Assembly (NCBI GenBank): GCA_963766715.1
Contig: CAVYBH010000007.1
Coordinates: 1-64,000 of the forward strand
DNA length: 64,000 nt
DNA from: an uncultured delta proteobacterium
GTDB lineage: Bacteria; Myxococcota; Myxococcia; Myxococcales; Anaeromyxobacteraceae
Reading direction: 5' to 3'
Position numbers and translations under genes: made by a program. The notes beneath the pieces are model-generated. The model did not search any database and was not told the DNA's origin. It saw only the letters and a program-made list of their open reading frames with translations. Numbering within the stretch: the first letter of the stretch is position 1; each line of letters starts with the position of its first letter. Shown here one piece after another: positions 45,807-57,000 of this stretch.

Positions 45807-46670
45807 CTACTTCTTCTTGGTCTTCGACTTCGACTTCGACTTGGTGGCCGTGTCGGTGACCGTGACCTGGACCGTGGCGCTCTTGCCGGAGGCGGACGCC
45901 GTGATCTTGGCGCTGCCCTTCTTCACGGCGTGGACCACGCCGTCCGCGGAGACGGTGGCGATCCCCGGCGCCGAGGACTTCCAGGCCACCGGGACGCCGC
46001 CGACCTTCTGACCCTTCTTGTCGAGCGCCGAGACCTTGAGCCCGAGGTTGTCGCCGCGCTTCAGGGTCTGCGTCTTCGACGGGGTGAGGCCGAGCTTCGC
46101 GAACTCCGGCACCTTCACGGTGACGGGCGACGTGGCCTTGAACGGACCCGAGGAGGCCGTGATGGTGGCGGTGCCCGGGCCGACCGCGAGGACCTTGCCG
46201 TCGGCCACGGTGGCGATGGCCGGATCGCTCGAGGCCCAGGTGATGGTGCGCGACACGGTGACCGGCTTGCCGGTGTCGTCGACGACCACCACCGACAGGA
46301 CCACGGTCTCCCCGGGGCGGAGGTCGCGCGAGGGAGGCGACAGGCTGACGCTGCTCGGGATCGACACCACCACCTGGGCGGCGCCCTTGATCTCGCCGAC
46401 GGCCGCGGTGACGACGGACTCGCCCGAGCGCTGCGCGGTCACGGTGCCGCCCTCGTCGACGGCCACGGCCTGGGGCACCGAGCTGCTCCAGGCGACCTTG
46501 ACCTTGGCCATGTCGATGGGCTGGCCCTTGTCGTCCCGGGCGACGGCCGCGAGCTTCGTGGTGGCCCCCTTGGCGTCCAGGGTGGCCTTGGCGGGCTCGA
46601 CCGTGACGGTCTTCACCGAGGGTCCGCAGGCAGCGAGCGCGAGTACGACGACGAAGGCACTTCTCCGCAT
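45807..46670 (-). CDS. Lipoprotein with three bacterial Ig-like (Big_2) domains
   Basis: Lipobox LAAC; three repeats of W.SS.P.IATV..G.V.A...G.A.ITA. Confidence 0.9.
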   Translation of the reverse strand: MRRSAFVVVLALAACGPSVKTVTVEPAKATLDAKGATTKLAAVARDDKGQPIDMAKVKVAWSSSVPQAVAVDEGGTVTAQRSGESVVTAAVGEIKGAAQVVVSIPSSVSLSPPSRDLRPGETVVLSVVVVDDTGKPVTVSRTITWASSDPAIATVADGKVLAVGPGTATITASSGPFKATSPVTVKVPEFAKLGLTPSKTQTLKRGDNLGLKVSALDKKGQKVGGVPVAWKSSAPGIATVSADGVVHAVKKGSAKITASASGKSATVQVTVTDTATKSKSKSKTKKK

Positions 46671-46779
46671 GGCATTCCTCCACACCGGCCCTGTCCGGGG
46701 CCGGCCCGGCGCGACTCTTACACGACCAATCCGACACGGCAAACGGGTGGAAGGGGGGTGCCCGTTGTAGGATCCCTCC

Positions 46780-48201
46780 GTGACGCCCCTGGTCCTGATC
46801 GTCGACGACGAGCGCTCGAACCTCGAATCGCTGGAGCGGATCTTCTCGCGCGAGGGCTGGCGGGTGGCGCTGGCCGCCTCCGGGGAGGAGGCGCTCGCGT
46901 CCATCCGGCGGGACCGCCCCGACGTGGTGGTCACCGACCTCATGATGCCCGGCATGGACGGCGCCGAGCTGCTCCGGGCCGTGCGCACCATCGCGCCGGA
47001 GATCGAGGTCGTGCTCATGACGGCGTTCGGCACCGTCGAGGCGGCCGTGGCGGCCATGAAGGAGGGGGCCTACGACTTCATCACCAAGCCGGTGAAGCGG
47101 CACGCCATCGTGAAATCGGTCCGGCAGGCCCTGGAGCGGGCCTCTCTCGTGGCGGAGAACCGCGCCCTCCGCGCCCGCCTGGCGCGCTTCTCCGGGGACT
47201 CGGCCGAGGGCGGGCTGGTGGGCACCGCCCCGACCTTTCGCGCCGCGCTCGACACGCTGCGGCAGGTGGCGCCGGCCTCGGCGACCGTCCTCCTCCTGGG
47301 GGAGAGCGGCACCGGCAAGGAGCTCGCCGCCCGCCTGCTCCACGACCTCTCTCCCCGGGCGAGCGCGCCCTTCGTGCCGGTGAACTGCGCCGCCATCCCC
47401 GAGACCATCCTCGAGTCGGAGCTCTTCGGGTACGAGCGGGGCGCCTTCACCGGCGCGACGCAGCGCAAGGAGGGGCGCTTCCAGCGCGCCCACGGCGGCA
47501 CGCTCTTCCTCGACGAGGTCGGGGACATGTCGCCGGGCGTCCAGGCCAAGCTGCTCCGCGTCCTGCAGGACGGGGTGGTGGAGCGGCTGGGAGGCACGCA
47601 GCCCGTCCAGGTCGACGTCCGGATCGTGGCGGCGACCAACCGCGAGCTGGCCGCCGAGGTCCGGGCGGGCCGGTTCCGCGAGGACCTCTTCTACCGGCTC
47701 GACGTCGTCACGATCCGGATGCCGGCCCTGCGGGAGCGGCGCGAGGACGTGCCGCTGCTGGCGGCCTCCTTCCTGCGGTCCTTCGCGGAGCGCAACCGCC
47801 GGCAGATGGCGGGCTTCACCGACCCGGCGCTCTCGGCGCTGGCTGGCTACGACTGGCCGGGCAACGTGCGCGAGCTGCAGCACGCCATCGAGCGCGCCGT
47901 GGTCCTCTGCCGGGGCGACGTGGTGGGGCTCGAGGACCTGCCGGATCCGGTGCGGGCCTCCGGTCCCGGGAAGGGAGCGCCGCCGTCGAGCTCCCTCACC
48001 ATCCCGCTCGGTACCCCCCTCGAGGAGGTGGAGCGGATCGTCATCCGGGAGACCCTGCGCCACACGCGCGGGGACAAGAACCTCGCCGCCCGCCTGCTCC
48101 GGGTCGCCCCCCGCACGATCTACCGGAAGCTCGATCGGGACGAGGACGGGCGCCTCGTCGACCCCTCTCCCGAGGACGAGCCGGGCCCGGAACGCGCCTG
48201 A
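46780..48201 (+). CDS. Sigma-54-dependent response regulator (NtrC family bEBP)
   Basis: Receiver domain (DDE, D-LMMP, KP), GESGTGKE, GAFTGA, LFLDE, RFREDLFYRL, WPGNVREL, Fis-type HTH. Confidence 0.96.
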   Translation: MTPLVLIVDDERSNLESLERIFSREGWRVALAASGEEALASIRRDRPDVVVTDLMMPGMDGAELLRAVRTIAPEIEVVLMTAFGTVEAAVAAMKEGAYDFITKPVKRHAIVKSVRQALERASLVAENRALRARLARFSGDSAEGGLVGTAPTFRAALDTLRQVAPASATVLLLGESGTGKELAARLLHDLSPRASAPFVPVNCAAIPETILESELFGYERGAFTGATQRKEGRFQRAHGGTLFLDEVGDMSPGVQAKLLRVLQDGVVERLGGTQPVQVDVRIVAATNRELAAEVRAGRFREDLFYRLDVVTIRMPALRERREDVPLLAASFLRSFAERNRRQMAGFTDPALSALAGYDWPGNVRELQHAIERAVVLCRGDVVGLEDLPDPVRASGPGKGAPPSSSLTIPLGTPLEEVERIVIRETLRHTRGDKNLAARLLRVAPRTIYRKLDRDEDGRLVDPSPEDEPGPERA

Positions 48202-48252
48202 CATTTTGGCGTCCCGTCCCGCCTGGCCGAAGGAGCTTTTGCCAGATTGGCA
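48199..48252 (+). promoter_or_regulatory. Candidate bEBP enhancer sites upstream of the T2SS promoter
   Basis: Palindrome TGCCA-GAT-TGGCA (48240-48252) and related TGACA-TTT-TGGCG (48199-48211), 41 bp apart. Confidence 0.45.
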
Positions 48253-48334
48253 GGAGGCGCTCCGGGCATCGGATGTGGGATGCGATTAGTCGTGTCGTTT
48301 CCGATGTTTGCGGCCGATGCCTCCTGGGGTATGG

Positions 48335-48350
48335 TGGCACGCTCGTTGCT
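48335..48350 (+). promoter_or_regulatory. Sigma-54 promoter of the gsp operon
   Basis: TGGCAC-GCTCG-TTGCT, an exact -24/-12 consensus, 30 nt before the gspC ATG. Confidence 0.85.
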
Positions 48351-48379
48351 CATTGGACTCCGGGGGCGATTGCCCGACG

Positions 48380-49372
48380 ATGCTAGACGTCTTCCTCAAG
48401 AAATACGGCTGGGTGGTCAACGCGATCCTCCTCGCGGCGGCAGCGTGGCTGCTTGCGAAGACGGTGAACACGGCCGTCGGGTCGGCGATCCGCCCCACCC
48501 CGCGGGTCGATCCGAACGCGGGCCAGGCGCCCCAGGTCGCCCAGGCCTTCGCCAGCCTCGACGTCGACAAGCTCTACCCGCTCATCGGCCAGAAGCCCCC
48601 GGCGGTCGTGACCCCGGGAGCCGCCGCGGACGCTCCGCCCCCGCCGCCGAGAACCTGCTCCGACATCGACGCGCCGCCCGTGCCCACCTCGCTCCGCGTC
48701 CAGCTCATCGCCGGAATCGTCGCCGAGAAGCCGCGCTGGTCCACGGCCGTCCTCCTGGATACGGCCTCGCGCACCACCCGGACCTACGTCATCGACGAGG
48801 AGGTCCAGGGGGCGAAGATCCTCTCCGTGGAGCGGATCCGCGACGACCGCGACGCCACGGGCCGCGGCTTCCGCGTGGTCTGCATCGTCTGCAAGGACGG
48901 CCGCAAGGAGTACATCGACTTCGACTCCGGGAGCGGAGGCGGGGCCCCGGCTCCCAACGTCGGCGTCGCGCCCGTGCCTCCCCCGGTCACCGCCGTCGCG
49001 GAGCCGGCCGCCGGGATCCCCCCGGACGGGATCCGCAAGACCTCCGACAACAAGTACGACGTGAAGAAGTCGGTCCTCGACGGCACGCTCTCCAACCTGA
49101 ACTCGGTCGCCACCCAGGCCCGGATCGTCCCCAGCTTCAAGAACGGGGTGGCCAACGGGTTCAAGGTCTTCTCGATCCAGCCCAACTCGTTCTACTCGGC
49201 CATCGGCGTGGAGAACGGCGACGTCATCCAGAAGATCAACGGCTACGAGATCAACTCGCCCGACAAGGCGCTCGAGATCTACCAGAAGCTGCGCGAGGCG
49301 CGGCACGTCACGGTGGACGTCGAGCGCAACGGACAGATCATTCGCAAGGAGTACAACGTCACCGGCCAGTAG
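48380..49372 (+). CDS. gspC: T2SS protein C with PDZ domain
   Basis: N-terminal TM, HR domain, ARIVPSFKNG..GFKVFSIQPNS..GDVIQKING. Confidence 0.92.
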   Translation: MLDVFLKKYGWVVNAILLAAAAWLLAKTVNTAVGSAIRPTPRVDPNAGQAPQVAQAFASLDVDKLYPLIGQKPPAVVTPGAAADAPPPPPRTCSDIDAPPVPTSLRVQLIAGIVAEKPRWSTAVLLDTASRTTRTYVIDEEVQGAKILSVERIRDDRDATGRGFRVVCIVCKDGRKEYIDFDSGSGGGAPAPNVGVAPVPPPVTAVAEPAAGIPPDGIRKTSDNKYDVKKSVLDGTLSNLNSVATQARIVPSFKNGVANGFKVFSIQPNSFYSAIGVENGDVIQKINGYEINSPDKALEIYQKLREARHVTVDVERNGQIIRKEYNVTGQ

Positions 49373-49390
49373 CCGGTGCGAGAGGAACGC

Positions 49391-52162
49391 ATGCGATCGC
49401 TGCTCACCGCCCTCCTCGTGACCGCACTCGCTGCGGGGCAGGCTCCCCCGCCCGATCCCCTCCCAGGCGCCTCCGCCCGACGGCGCCCCCGCGGCCGAGG
49501 AGGCCTCCCCGGCCCCGAGCGAGTCCCCGCCCCCACCCCAGCGGCCCGCCACGGCTCCCGCGCGCAGGGCGCAGTCGGGCATGCGCGCCGGCGTCCCCGC
49601 GGCGGCGCCAGCGGCGGCGGCTCCTCCGGCGGAAGCCCCGGCGGCCGTGCCCGCACCGGCGCCCGCCCGGCGCGGTACCGCCCGCACCCGCGGCCGCGCC
49701 CGCCGCGCCGTCCTCGGCAGGCGGTCCGCCGCGCGCCGAGACCGTCCCGGCCGGACAGGCCGGCGGGACCGCCCGTGCCTCGGGCGCCTGCGTGCCGATG
49801 GAGGGCAAGTTCCTCCTCGCCTTCAACAAGGCCGAGATCCTCGACCTCCTCGAGCAGGCCAGCCGCTGGACCTGCAAGAACTTCGCGTACACGGAGGAGG
49901 TCGTCCGCGGGAAGATCACGCTCCTCTCCAAGACGCCGGTGACGGCCGAGGAGGCCTACGCGGCCTTCCTGGCCGCCCTCAACACGAACGGCATCGCGAT
50001 GTACCAGACGGGCAAGTACTGGAAGCTCGTCCGCATCGCCGACGCGAAGAAGGTCCCCATCCCCACGCTCGTCGGCGACGACGCCGAGTACCCGGCCGTC
50101 GAGCAGCCGATCACCAAGCTCTTCCGGATGCACTACGTCGAGCCCGACCAGCTGCGCGCGGTCCTGGGCAACTTCACCTCGCCGCAGGGCGCGGACATCC
50201 AGACCATCCCGCCCGACATCCTCCTCGTCACCGACATCTCCCTCAACATGCGGCGCATCGAGAAGCTGCTCGAGGCCCTCGACCGCCCGGGCTCGAACGA
50301 CCTCGTCCGCACCATCCAGGTGCAGTACGCACCGGCGCGCGACATCGCCGACAAGGTGAACCAGATCTTCGTCCAGACCCCGGGGCAGCCCGCCAAGGGA
50401 ACGCGCCGGCCGGTCATCGGCGGCGTGGCGGCGCCGGGCGCGGCGCCGGGCGCGCCTCCCGCCGGCGGCGGGGCCGAGTCGGCCGAGATCTCCATCAGCA
50501 AGGTGGTGGCCGACGAGCGCACCAACAAGCTCATCATCATCTCCGACGAGAAGAGCTTCCAGCGCATCATGGAGCTCGTCCGGCAGCTCGACACCCCGAC
50601 CGCGGGTGAAGGCACCATCCACGTCATCTTCCTCAAGAACGCCAACGCCGAGGACCTCTCCAACACCCTGCAGAACCTGGCCAGCGGCGCCTCGCGCCGG
50701 AGCGGAAGCACCCCCGGGGCGGCGGTCCCGCCCGGGGCCGGGGCCATGACCTCGCCGCCCGGCGTGTCGGCGCCCCGGTCGACCGGCGGCGGCTCGGCCG
50801 AGCTCTTCAGCGGCGAGGTGAAGGTCACCGCGGACAAGCCCTCCAACTCGCTCGTGGTGATCGCCTCCGCCTCCGACTTCGCGGTCGTGCAGCGCCTCAT
50901 CGAGAAGCTCGACCGCCCCCGCCGGCAGGTGTTCGTCGAGGCGGTGATCATGGAGGTCGACATCAGCAACACGAGCGACATCGGGGTGGGCATGCACCTC
51001 GCCGTCCCGGTCAACACGCCCAACGGCAAGGGGTTCATCCCCATCGGCCTCGAGCCCGGGAAGGTGAACTCGCTCAACCCGGCCTCGGCCCTCCAGCTGG
51101 GCGGCTTCCTCTCCGGACTCGTGGGCCCGGTCTCCGCGGAGCTGAAGGACATCTTCCCGTTCCCCAGCGTCGGCGTCGTCATCCAGGCGATCCAGTCCAA
51201 CTCCGACGTGAACGTGCTCTCCACCCCGCACCTCATCGCCCAGGACAACGAGGAGTCGGAGATCATCGTGGGGCAGAACGTCCCGTTCCAGGCCGGCTAC
51301 AACCCGGGCTTCAACACCAACGTGGGGACCTCCGGCACCTCGAACACCGCGACGAACACGCTCGCCAGCGCCTACGCGGTGAGCCTCATCGCCCCCATCC
51401 AGCGGCAGAACGTCGACCTCAAGCTGAAGATCAAGCCGCAGATCCACGAGGGCGACATGATCCGCATGGACATCGAGGAGTCGCAGGAGGAGATCGTCAG
51501 CAACGATCCCACCCTGGGCCCGACCACCGCCAAGCGGAGCGTGAAGACCAAGGTGGTGGTGAAGGACCAGAGCACCATCGTCATCGGCGGCCTCGTGCAG
51601 GACCGGAACCTGACCTCGGTCTCGAAGGTGCCGCTCCTCGGCGACATCCCCATCCTGGGCTGGGCGTTCCGGAGCACGAACACCATCAAGAAGAAGACGA
51701 ACCTCCTCCTGCTGCTCACGCCGTACATCATCCGCGACCAGTCGGACTTCCGCCGCATCCTCGAGCGCAAGCAGCGCGAGCAGCGCGAGCTCTACGAGCT
51801 CTACTACGGCAAGAAGCCGGAGTTCACGCTGGCCGAGGGCAGCAGCCGGCCGGGCCCGCTCACCCGCATCCGCCAGCAGGTGGTCACCGAGAACCAGAAG
51901 ATCGAGAACGGCGGGAGCGGAACGCCGACCGAGAAGACGATCAGGCCGCCCAGCTACGCCCCGGAACCCTCGCCGGCGAAGGTTCCGCCCGCGTCGCCCG
52001 TGACGCCTCGCGCCCGCACCGGCGGTCCCGCCGCCCCAGCCGGCGCCGGCGACCGCTCCCACCGGCTCGGCGCCCGCCGCACCCGTCCCGTCCGGATCGC
52101 TCGCTTCCCCGACACCGCAGGCGCAGCCCCCCAGGGCCAGCCTGCAGGCCGGGGTGCCGTAG
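49391..52162 (+). CDS. gspD: T2SS secretin D (frameshifts in the Pro/Ala-rich termini)
   Basis: N0-N3 domains (ADERTNKLII, ADKPSNSLVV), QVFVEAVIMEV, LSTPHL, KVPLLGDIPILGWAF, LTPYII. Confidence 0.93.
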
Positions 52163-52171
52163 GGCCCCGAC

Positions 52172-53965
52172 ATGGCCACCGAGTCCGACATCGCCACCCT
52201 GGCGCGGCCCTCCCCGAGGCGCCTCCCGTGCCGGAGGCCGCCCTGCGCGGGCGGCCGCTCGGGGAGATCCTGGAGGCCATCGCCGGCGTGCCTCCGGAGA
52301 AGGTCGCCGAGGCGCTGGCGGCGCAGCAGGCCGATCCGGCCGGGCCGCGCTTCGGCGAGATCCTGGTGAGGGGCAAGCTGGCGACCGAGGAGCAGGTGCT
52401 CCGCGCCATGGCCCTCCAGCTCGGCCTCCCCTTCCTCGCGAGCATCGACGCGGCCGAGGTCCCCGCCGACCTGGCGCGGCTCGTGCCGATCAACTTCGCC
52501 AAGACGGCGCGGATCCTCCCGCTGGGGCGCGACGGGGACGAGATCCGGGTGGCCGTCGCCGACCCGCTCGACACGGCGGTGCAGGACAACCTGTCGGTGC
52601 TGCTGGGCGCGCCGCTGTCGCCGGTGGTGGTCCCGCCCGCGGTCATCGTCGACGCCATCAACCAGGTCTACGACCGCACCGCCGACCGTCACGACCGGCT
52701 CATGGAGGACCTCGAGACCACCGAGGACCTCGAGAGCGTGGCCCACGAGCTCGAGGAGCCCGCCGACCTGCTGGAGGCCGACGACGAGGCCCCCATCATC
52801 CGGCTCGTCAACTCCCTCCTCTTCCGCGCCGTGAAGGAGCGGGCCAGCGACATCCACATCAACCCGGAGGAGCGGGACATCTCGGTCCGCTTCCGCATCG
52901 ACGGCGTGCTCCGCGAGGTCATCCGCCCCCCGAAGCGCTTCCAGGCGTCCATCGCCAGCCGCATCAAGATCATGGGCGGTCTCAACATCGCCGAGAAGCG
53001 GCTCCCGCAGGACGGGCGCATCCGCATCAAGATCGCCGGCCGCGACGTCGACGTCCGCCTCTCGACCATCCCCACCGCCAACGGCGAGCGCATCGTCATG
53101 CGCCTCCTCGACAAGTCGGCGGTGCTCCTCGACCTCAGCCAGCTCGGCTTCGAGGACTGGCAGCTCGAGGTGATGGACACCCTCATCACCCGCTCGCACG
53201 GCATCGTGCTCGTGACCGGCCCCACCGGCTCCGGGAAGACCACGACGCTCTACGGCGCGCTCGCCAAGATCAACTCGCCGGACCTCAACATCCTCACCAT
53301 CGAGGACCCGGTCGAGATCCAGCTGAAGGGCGTCGCGCAGGTGCAGGTCAACGCCAAGATCGAGCTGACCTTCGCGAACGGCCTCCGATCCTTCCTGCGC
53401 CAGGACCCGGACATCATCATGGTCGGCGAGATCCGCGACCTGGAGACCGCCGAGATCGCCATCCAGGCCTCGCTGACCGGCCACCTGGTGCTCTCCACCA
53501 TCCACACCAACGACGCCGCCGGCGCCATCACCCGGCTCGCCGACATGGGCGTCCAGCCCTTCCTGGTGGCCAGCTCGCTCGTGGGCGTGCTGGCCCAGCG
53601 GCTGGTGCGCGTGCTCTGCCCGGCGTGCAAGCAGGGGTACGAGCCCTCGGCCGAGGAGCTGTCGCAGGCGAGCATCACCCCCGCCATCCTGGCCCGCGCC
53701 GGCAATCCCCGGACAGCTCTACCGGTCGGTGGGGTGCCCGGCCTGCCAGCGAACGGGCTACGCGGGCCGGACCGGGATCTACGAGCTCATGCTCGTGGAC
53801 GACGACATCCGGCAGCTGATCCTGAAGAACGTGGACTCGGGCACCATCAAGTCGCGCGCCGTGGCGGGCGGCATGATGACGCTCCTCGAGCACGGCGCCT
53901 ACAAGGTCGCGATGGGCGAGACCACCGCGGCCGAGGTGCTCTCGGTGACGGCGGAAGACATCTAA
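52172..53965 (+). CDS. gspE: T2SS ATPase E (frameshifts near 52200 and 53712)
   Basis: ASDIHI, AEKRLPQDGR, GPTGSGKTT, TIEDPVE, LRQDPD, CPAC..CPAC, GYAGRTGIYE. Confidence 0.95.
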
Positions 53966-53974
53966 GAACCCCCC

Positions 53975-55201
53975 ATGCCCGTGTTCGCGTACAAGGCGCT
54001 CGACCAGAGCGGGAAGAGCGTCGACGGCCTCAAGGAGGCCGACTCCCCGCGCACGCTCCGCACCGTGCTCCGGCGGGACGGGCTCTTCCTCACCGAGGTC
54101 ACCGGGGAGAAGCAGGCCAAGTCCGCCTCGCCGGAGGTGAACGTCCGGCGCTGGGTCGGCGGCCGGGTGAAGTCCGACGACGTCGCCGTGGCCACGCGGC
54201 AGCTGGCCGTGCTGGTGAACGCCGGCATCCCGCTGGTGGACGCGCTCACCGCGCTCGTCGAGCAGGTCGACCACGAGCGGCTGAAGCGGGTGCTCTCGGC
54301 CGTGAAGCAGCGGGTCAACGAGGGCTCGTCGCTCGCCGAGGCGCTGGGGCAGCACCCCAAGGCCTTCAGCAACCTCTACGTGAACATGATCCGGGCCGGC
54401 GAGTCGTCGGGCGCCCTCGACGTGGTGCTCTTCCGGCTCGCCGACTTCACCGAGAACCAGGCCCGGCTCCGCTCCAAGGTGATCGGCACGCTCACCTACC
54501 CGGCGGCGATGCTCGTCATCATGTCGGTGATCATGGGGATCCTCTTCACGGTGGTCATCCCCAAGATCACCAAGGTCTTCGAGGACACCAAGGTCGTCCT
54601 CCCCTGGACCACCCGCGCCCTGATCGGCTTCTCCACCTTCGTCCACGACTTCTGGTGGGCGCTCGCCCTGCTCGTCGCGGGCGCGATCTACCTCTTCCTC
54701 CGCTGGCAGAAGAGCCCGGCCGGGCGCGCCCGCTGGGACATCTGGGTCCTCCAGGCCCCCATCTTCGGCCCGCTGGTGCGCCAGATCGCCGTGGCGCGCT
54801 TCTCGAAGACCCTCGCCACCCTGCTGAAGAGCGGCGTGCCGCTCCTCACCGCGATGGACATCGTCCGGAACATCGTGGGCAACACGCGGCTGGCCGCCGT
54901 CATCGAGGAGGCCCGGGAGTCGATCAAGGAGGGGGAGAGCATCGCGGCGCCGCTCAAGCGGTCCGGCGAGTTTCCACCATTGGTGTACCACATGGTCGCG
55001 ATCGGCGAGAAGTCGGGCGAGCTCGAGGAGATGCTCGGGAACGTCGCCAGCGCCTACGACAACCAGGTGGAGACCAAGATCGCCGCGCTCACGTCGCTGC
55101 TCGAGCCCATCATGATCGTGGTGATGGGCGTGGCGGTGGCCTTCATCGTCTTCTCGATCCTGATGCCCATTCTCCAGATCAACACCCTCGCAGGAGGCTA
55201 G
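53975..55201 (+). CDS. gspF: T2SS inner membrane platform protein F
   Basis: TRQLAVLVNAGIPL, AGESSG, LTYP, GEKSGEL, LLEP. Confidence 0.96.
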   Translation: MPVFAYKALDQSGKSVDGLKEADSPRTLRTVLRRDGLFLTEVTGEKQAKSASPEVNVRRWVGGRVKSDDVAVATRQLAVLVNAGIPLVDALTALVEQVDHERLKRVLSAVKQRVNEGSSLAEALGQHPKAFSNLYVNMIRAGESSGALDVVLFRLADFTENQARLRSKVIGTLTYPAAMLVIMSVIMGILFTVVIPKITKVFEDTKVVLPWTTRALIGFSTFVHDFWWALALLVAGAIYLFLRWQKSPAGRARWDIWVLQAPIFGPLVRQIAVARFSKTLATLLKSGVPLLTAMDIVRNIVGNTRLAAVIEEARESIKEGESIAAPLKRSGEFPPLVYHMVAIGEKSGELEEMLGNVASAYDNQVETKIAALTSLLEPIMIVVMGVAVAFIVFSILMPILQINTLAGG

Positions 55202-55203
55202 CC

Positions 55204-55608
55204 GTGAGATCCCCCCGAAGCGCCCGCGCCACAGCTCGCGGCATGACCCTCATCGAGATCATGGTGGTCATCACCATCCTCGGCATCATCGCCGCGGCCG
55301 TGGCGGTGAACGTCGTCGGGCAGCTCGACGACGCCAAGATCAAGCAGGCCAAGACGGACCTGCACACGCTCGAGAACTGCCTCGACCTCTACAAGATCGA
55401 CAAGGGGCGCTACCCGTCCACCGAGGAGGGGCTGCAGGCGGTGGTGTCGGCCGGCAAGTGCAAGGCGCAGCTCAAGGACCCCTGGCAGCACCCCTACGTC
55501 TATCTCTTCCCGGGCCAGGTCCACCCGGATTCCTTCGACATCAAGTCCTACGGGGCCGACGGACAGCAGGGCGGCGAGGGCACCAACGCCGACATCGTCA
55601 ACCCCTGA
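55204..55608 (+). CDS. gspG: T2SS major pseudopilin G
   Basis: G/MTLIEIMVV, LDLYKIDKGRYPSTEEGL, KDPWQHPY, SYGADG..GGEG..ADI. Confidence 0.95.
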   Translation: MRSPRSARATARGMTLIEIMVVITILGIIAAAVAVNVVGQLDDAKIKQAKTDLHTLENCLDLYKIDKGRYPSTEEGLQAVVSAGKCKAQLKDPWQHPYVYLFPGQVHPDSFDIKSYGADGQQGGEGTNADIVNP

Positions 55609-55627
55609 GGGGGACCGGCCGGGAGAG

Positions 55628-56263
55628 ATGCGCCGCGAAGAAGGCCAGCCGAGGGGCTTCACCCTCATCGAGGTCCTCATCGTGGTGGCCGTGATCGGGG
55701 TCATGGCCTTCGCCGCAGCACCCGCGGTGAACTCGCTCACCGGGGCCAACGCCCGCTCCGCGGCCGGGCAGATCGCCGGGGCCTCCCGCTACCTGTTCGA
55801 CACCGCCGCCCTCCGCCACCAGACGTGCCGCCTGGTGGTGGACATGGATCGCCAGGAGTGGTGGGCCGAGTGCACCGAGGCCGGCCCCGGCGGGCGCCGG
55901 AGCCAGCCGGTGGTGGCCAAGGACGGGACGGCCGAGGACGACGAGCGGCTCGCGCGCAGCTTCTCCGACGAGCCCGACGCCGAGAAGCGGCGGTTCCTGT
56001 CCCGGGCCCGCTTCGCCGAGTTCAAGGACCGCCAGGTCCAGAAGCGCAAGCTGGCGGGCAGCGCCACCTTCGAGAAGATCTGGACCCCGCGGCAGCGCGA
56101 TCCCCAGACGAAGGGACGGGCCTACGTCTACTTCTACCCGCAGGGGCTGGCCGATCCGGCGCAGATCCCGGTGGTGGACGGATCCAGCACCTACACGGTG
56201 GTCACCCAGCCGCTCAGCGGACGCGCACGGGTGGTGACGGGCCGCCCGGAGATCCCGCGATGA
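55628..56263 (+). CDS. gspH: T2SS minor pseudopilin H
   Basis: G/FTLIEVL N-methyl motif; operon position. Confidence 0.85.
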   Translation: MRREEGQPRGFTLIEVLIVVAVIGVMAFAAAPAVNSLTGANARSAAGQIAGASRYLFDTAALRHQTCRLVVDMDRQEWWAECTEAGPGGRRSQPVVAKDGTAEDDERLARSFSDEPDAEKRRFLSRARFAEFKDRQVQKRKLAGSATFEKIWTPRQRDPQTKGRAYVYFYPQGLADPAQIPVVDGSSTYTVVTQPLSGRARVVTGRPEIPR

Positions 56264-57000
56264 GCCGCCGCGGCGCCCGGAGCGGCTTCACGCTCCTCGA
56301 GGTGATGGTGGCGCTGGCCGTGCTGGCGGGCGCGCTCATGGCCGTGGCCGACCTGTCCGGGAACGCGCTGCGAAACTTCGGCTACGCGCGGGATCTGTCG
56401 GTCGCGACCCTGCTCGCCCGGGGAAAGATGGCCGAGATCGAGGAGAAGTACGAGGACTCGGGCTTCACCGACTTCGACCAGACCGAGAACGGGACCTTCG
56501 CCGACCAGGGGCAGCCGGGCATGCGGTGGACCCTGGAGCTGAAGAAGCCCGACGGCGACATGTCGCCCCAGCAGCTCCTGGGCGCGTTCCTGGGCACCGG
56601 CGGCGAGGACGTCGGGACCCAGGAGATGCTCGGCAAGCTCCTCGGCGGCGGGTCCGGCTCCGGAGGGAAGGGCGGCCCGAGCTCCGCCGGCCCGGGCGGC
56701 GTGCTGGGCGGCGTCCTGCAGACGCAGCTCACGGCCTTCTCGGAGGAGCTCAAGAAGGGCGTGCGCCGGGCGGTGCTCCGGGTCTCCTGGAAGGACGGGA
56801 AGACCGAGCACGGCTTCGACGTCTCGACCTACATGGTGGTCCTGAACCCCAAGGCGCCGGGTGGCGCCCGCACCGCCGACCCGGACATCCCGCCCAACCT
56901 GGCGGCCCCGACGCGCCCCGGCCGCACGCCCGACCACGCAGCCCCCACCACGCTGCCCGCCACCGGCTCGAAGCTCGGCCTCCCCGGGAGCCTCAAGTGA
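56260..57000 (+). CDS. gspI: T2SS minor pseudopilin I
   Basis: G/FTLLEVMVALAV; ATGA overlap with gspH. Confidence 0.85.
   Translation: MSRRGARSGFTLLEVMVALAVLAGALMAVADLSGNALRNFGYARDLSVATLLARGKMAEIEEKYEDSGFTDFDQTENGTFADQGQPGMRWTLELKKPDGDMSPQQLLGAFLGTGGEDVGTQEMLGKLLGGGSGSGGKGGPSSAGPGGVLGGVLQTQLTAFSEELKKGVRRAVLRVSWKDGKTEHGFDVSTYMVVLNPKAPGGARTADPDIPPNLAAPTRPGRTPDHAAPTTLPATGSKLGLPGSLK

Noticed and set aside
48247..55608. 2453-aa ORF that looks like a giant secretin-ATPase-pseudopilin fusion
   Set aside because: It threads through gspD, gspE and gspG with nonsense stretches in between. Each gene has its own start and stop; the ORF results from indels plus stop-poor GC-rich frames.
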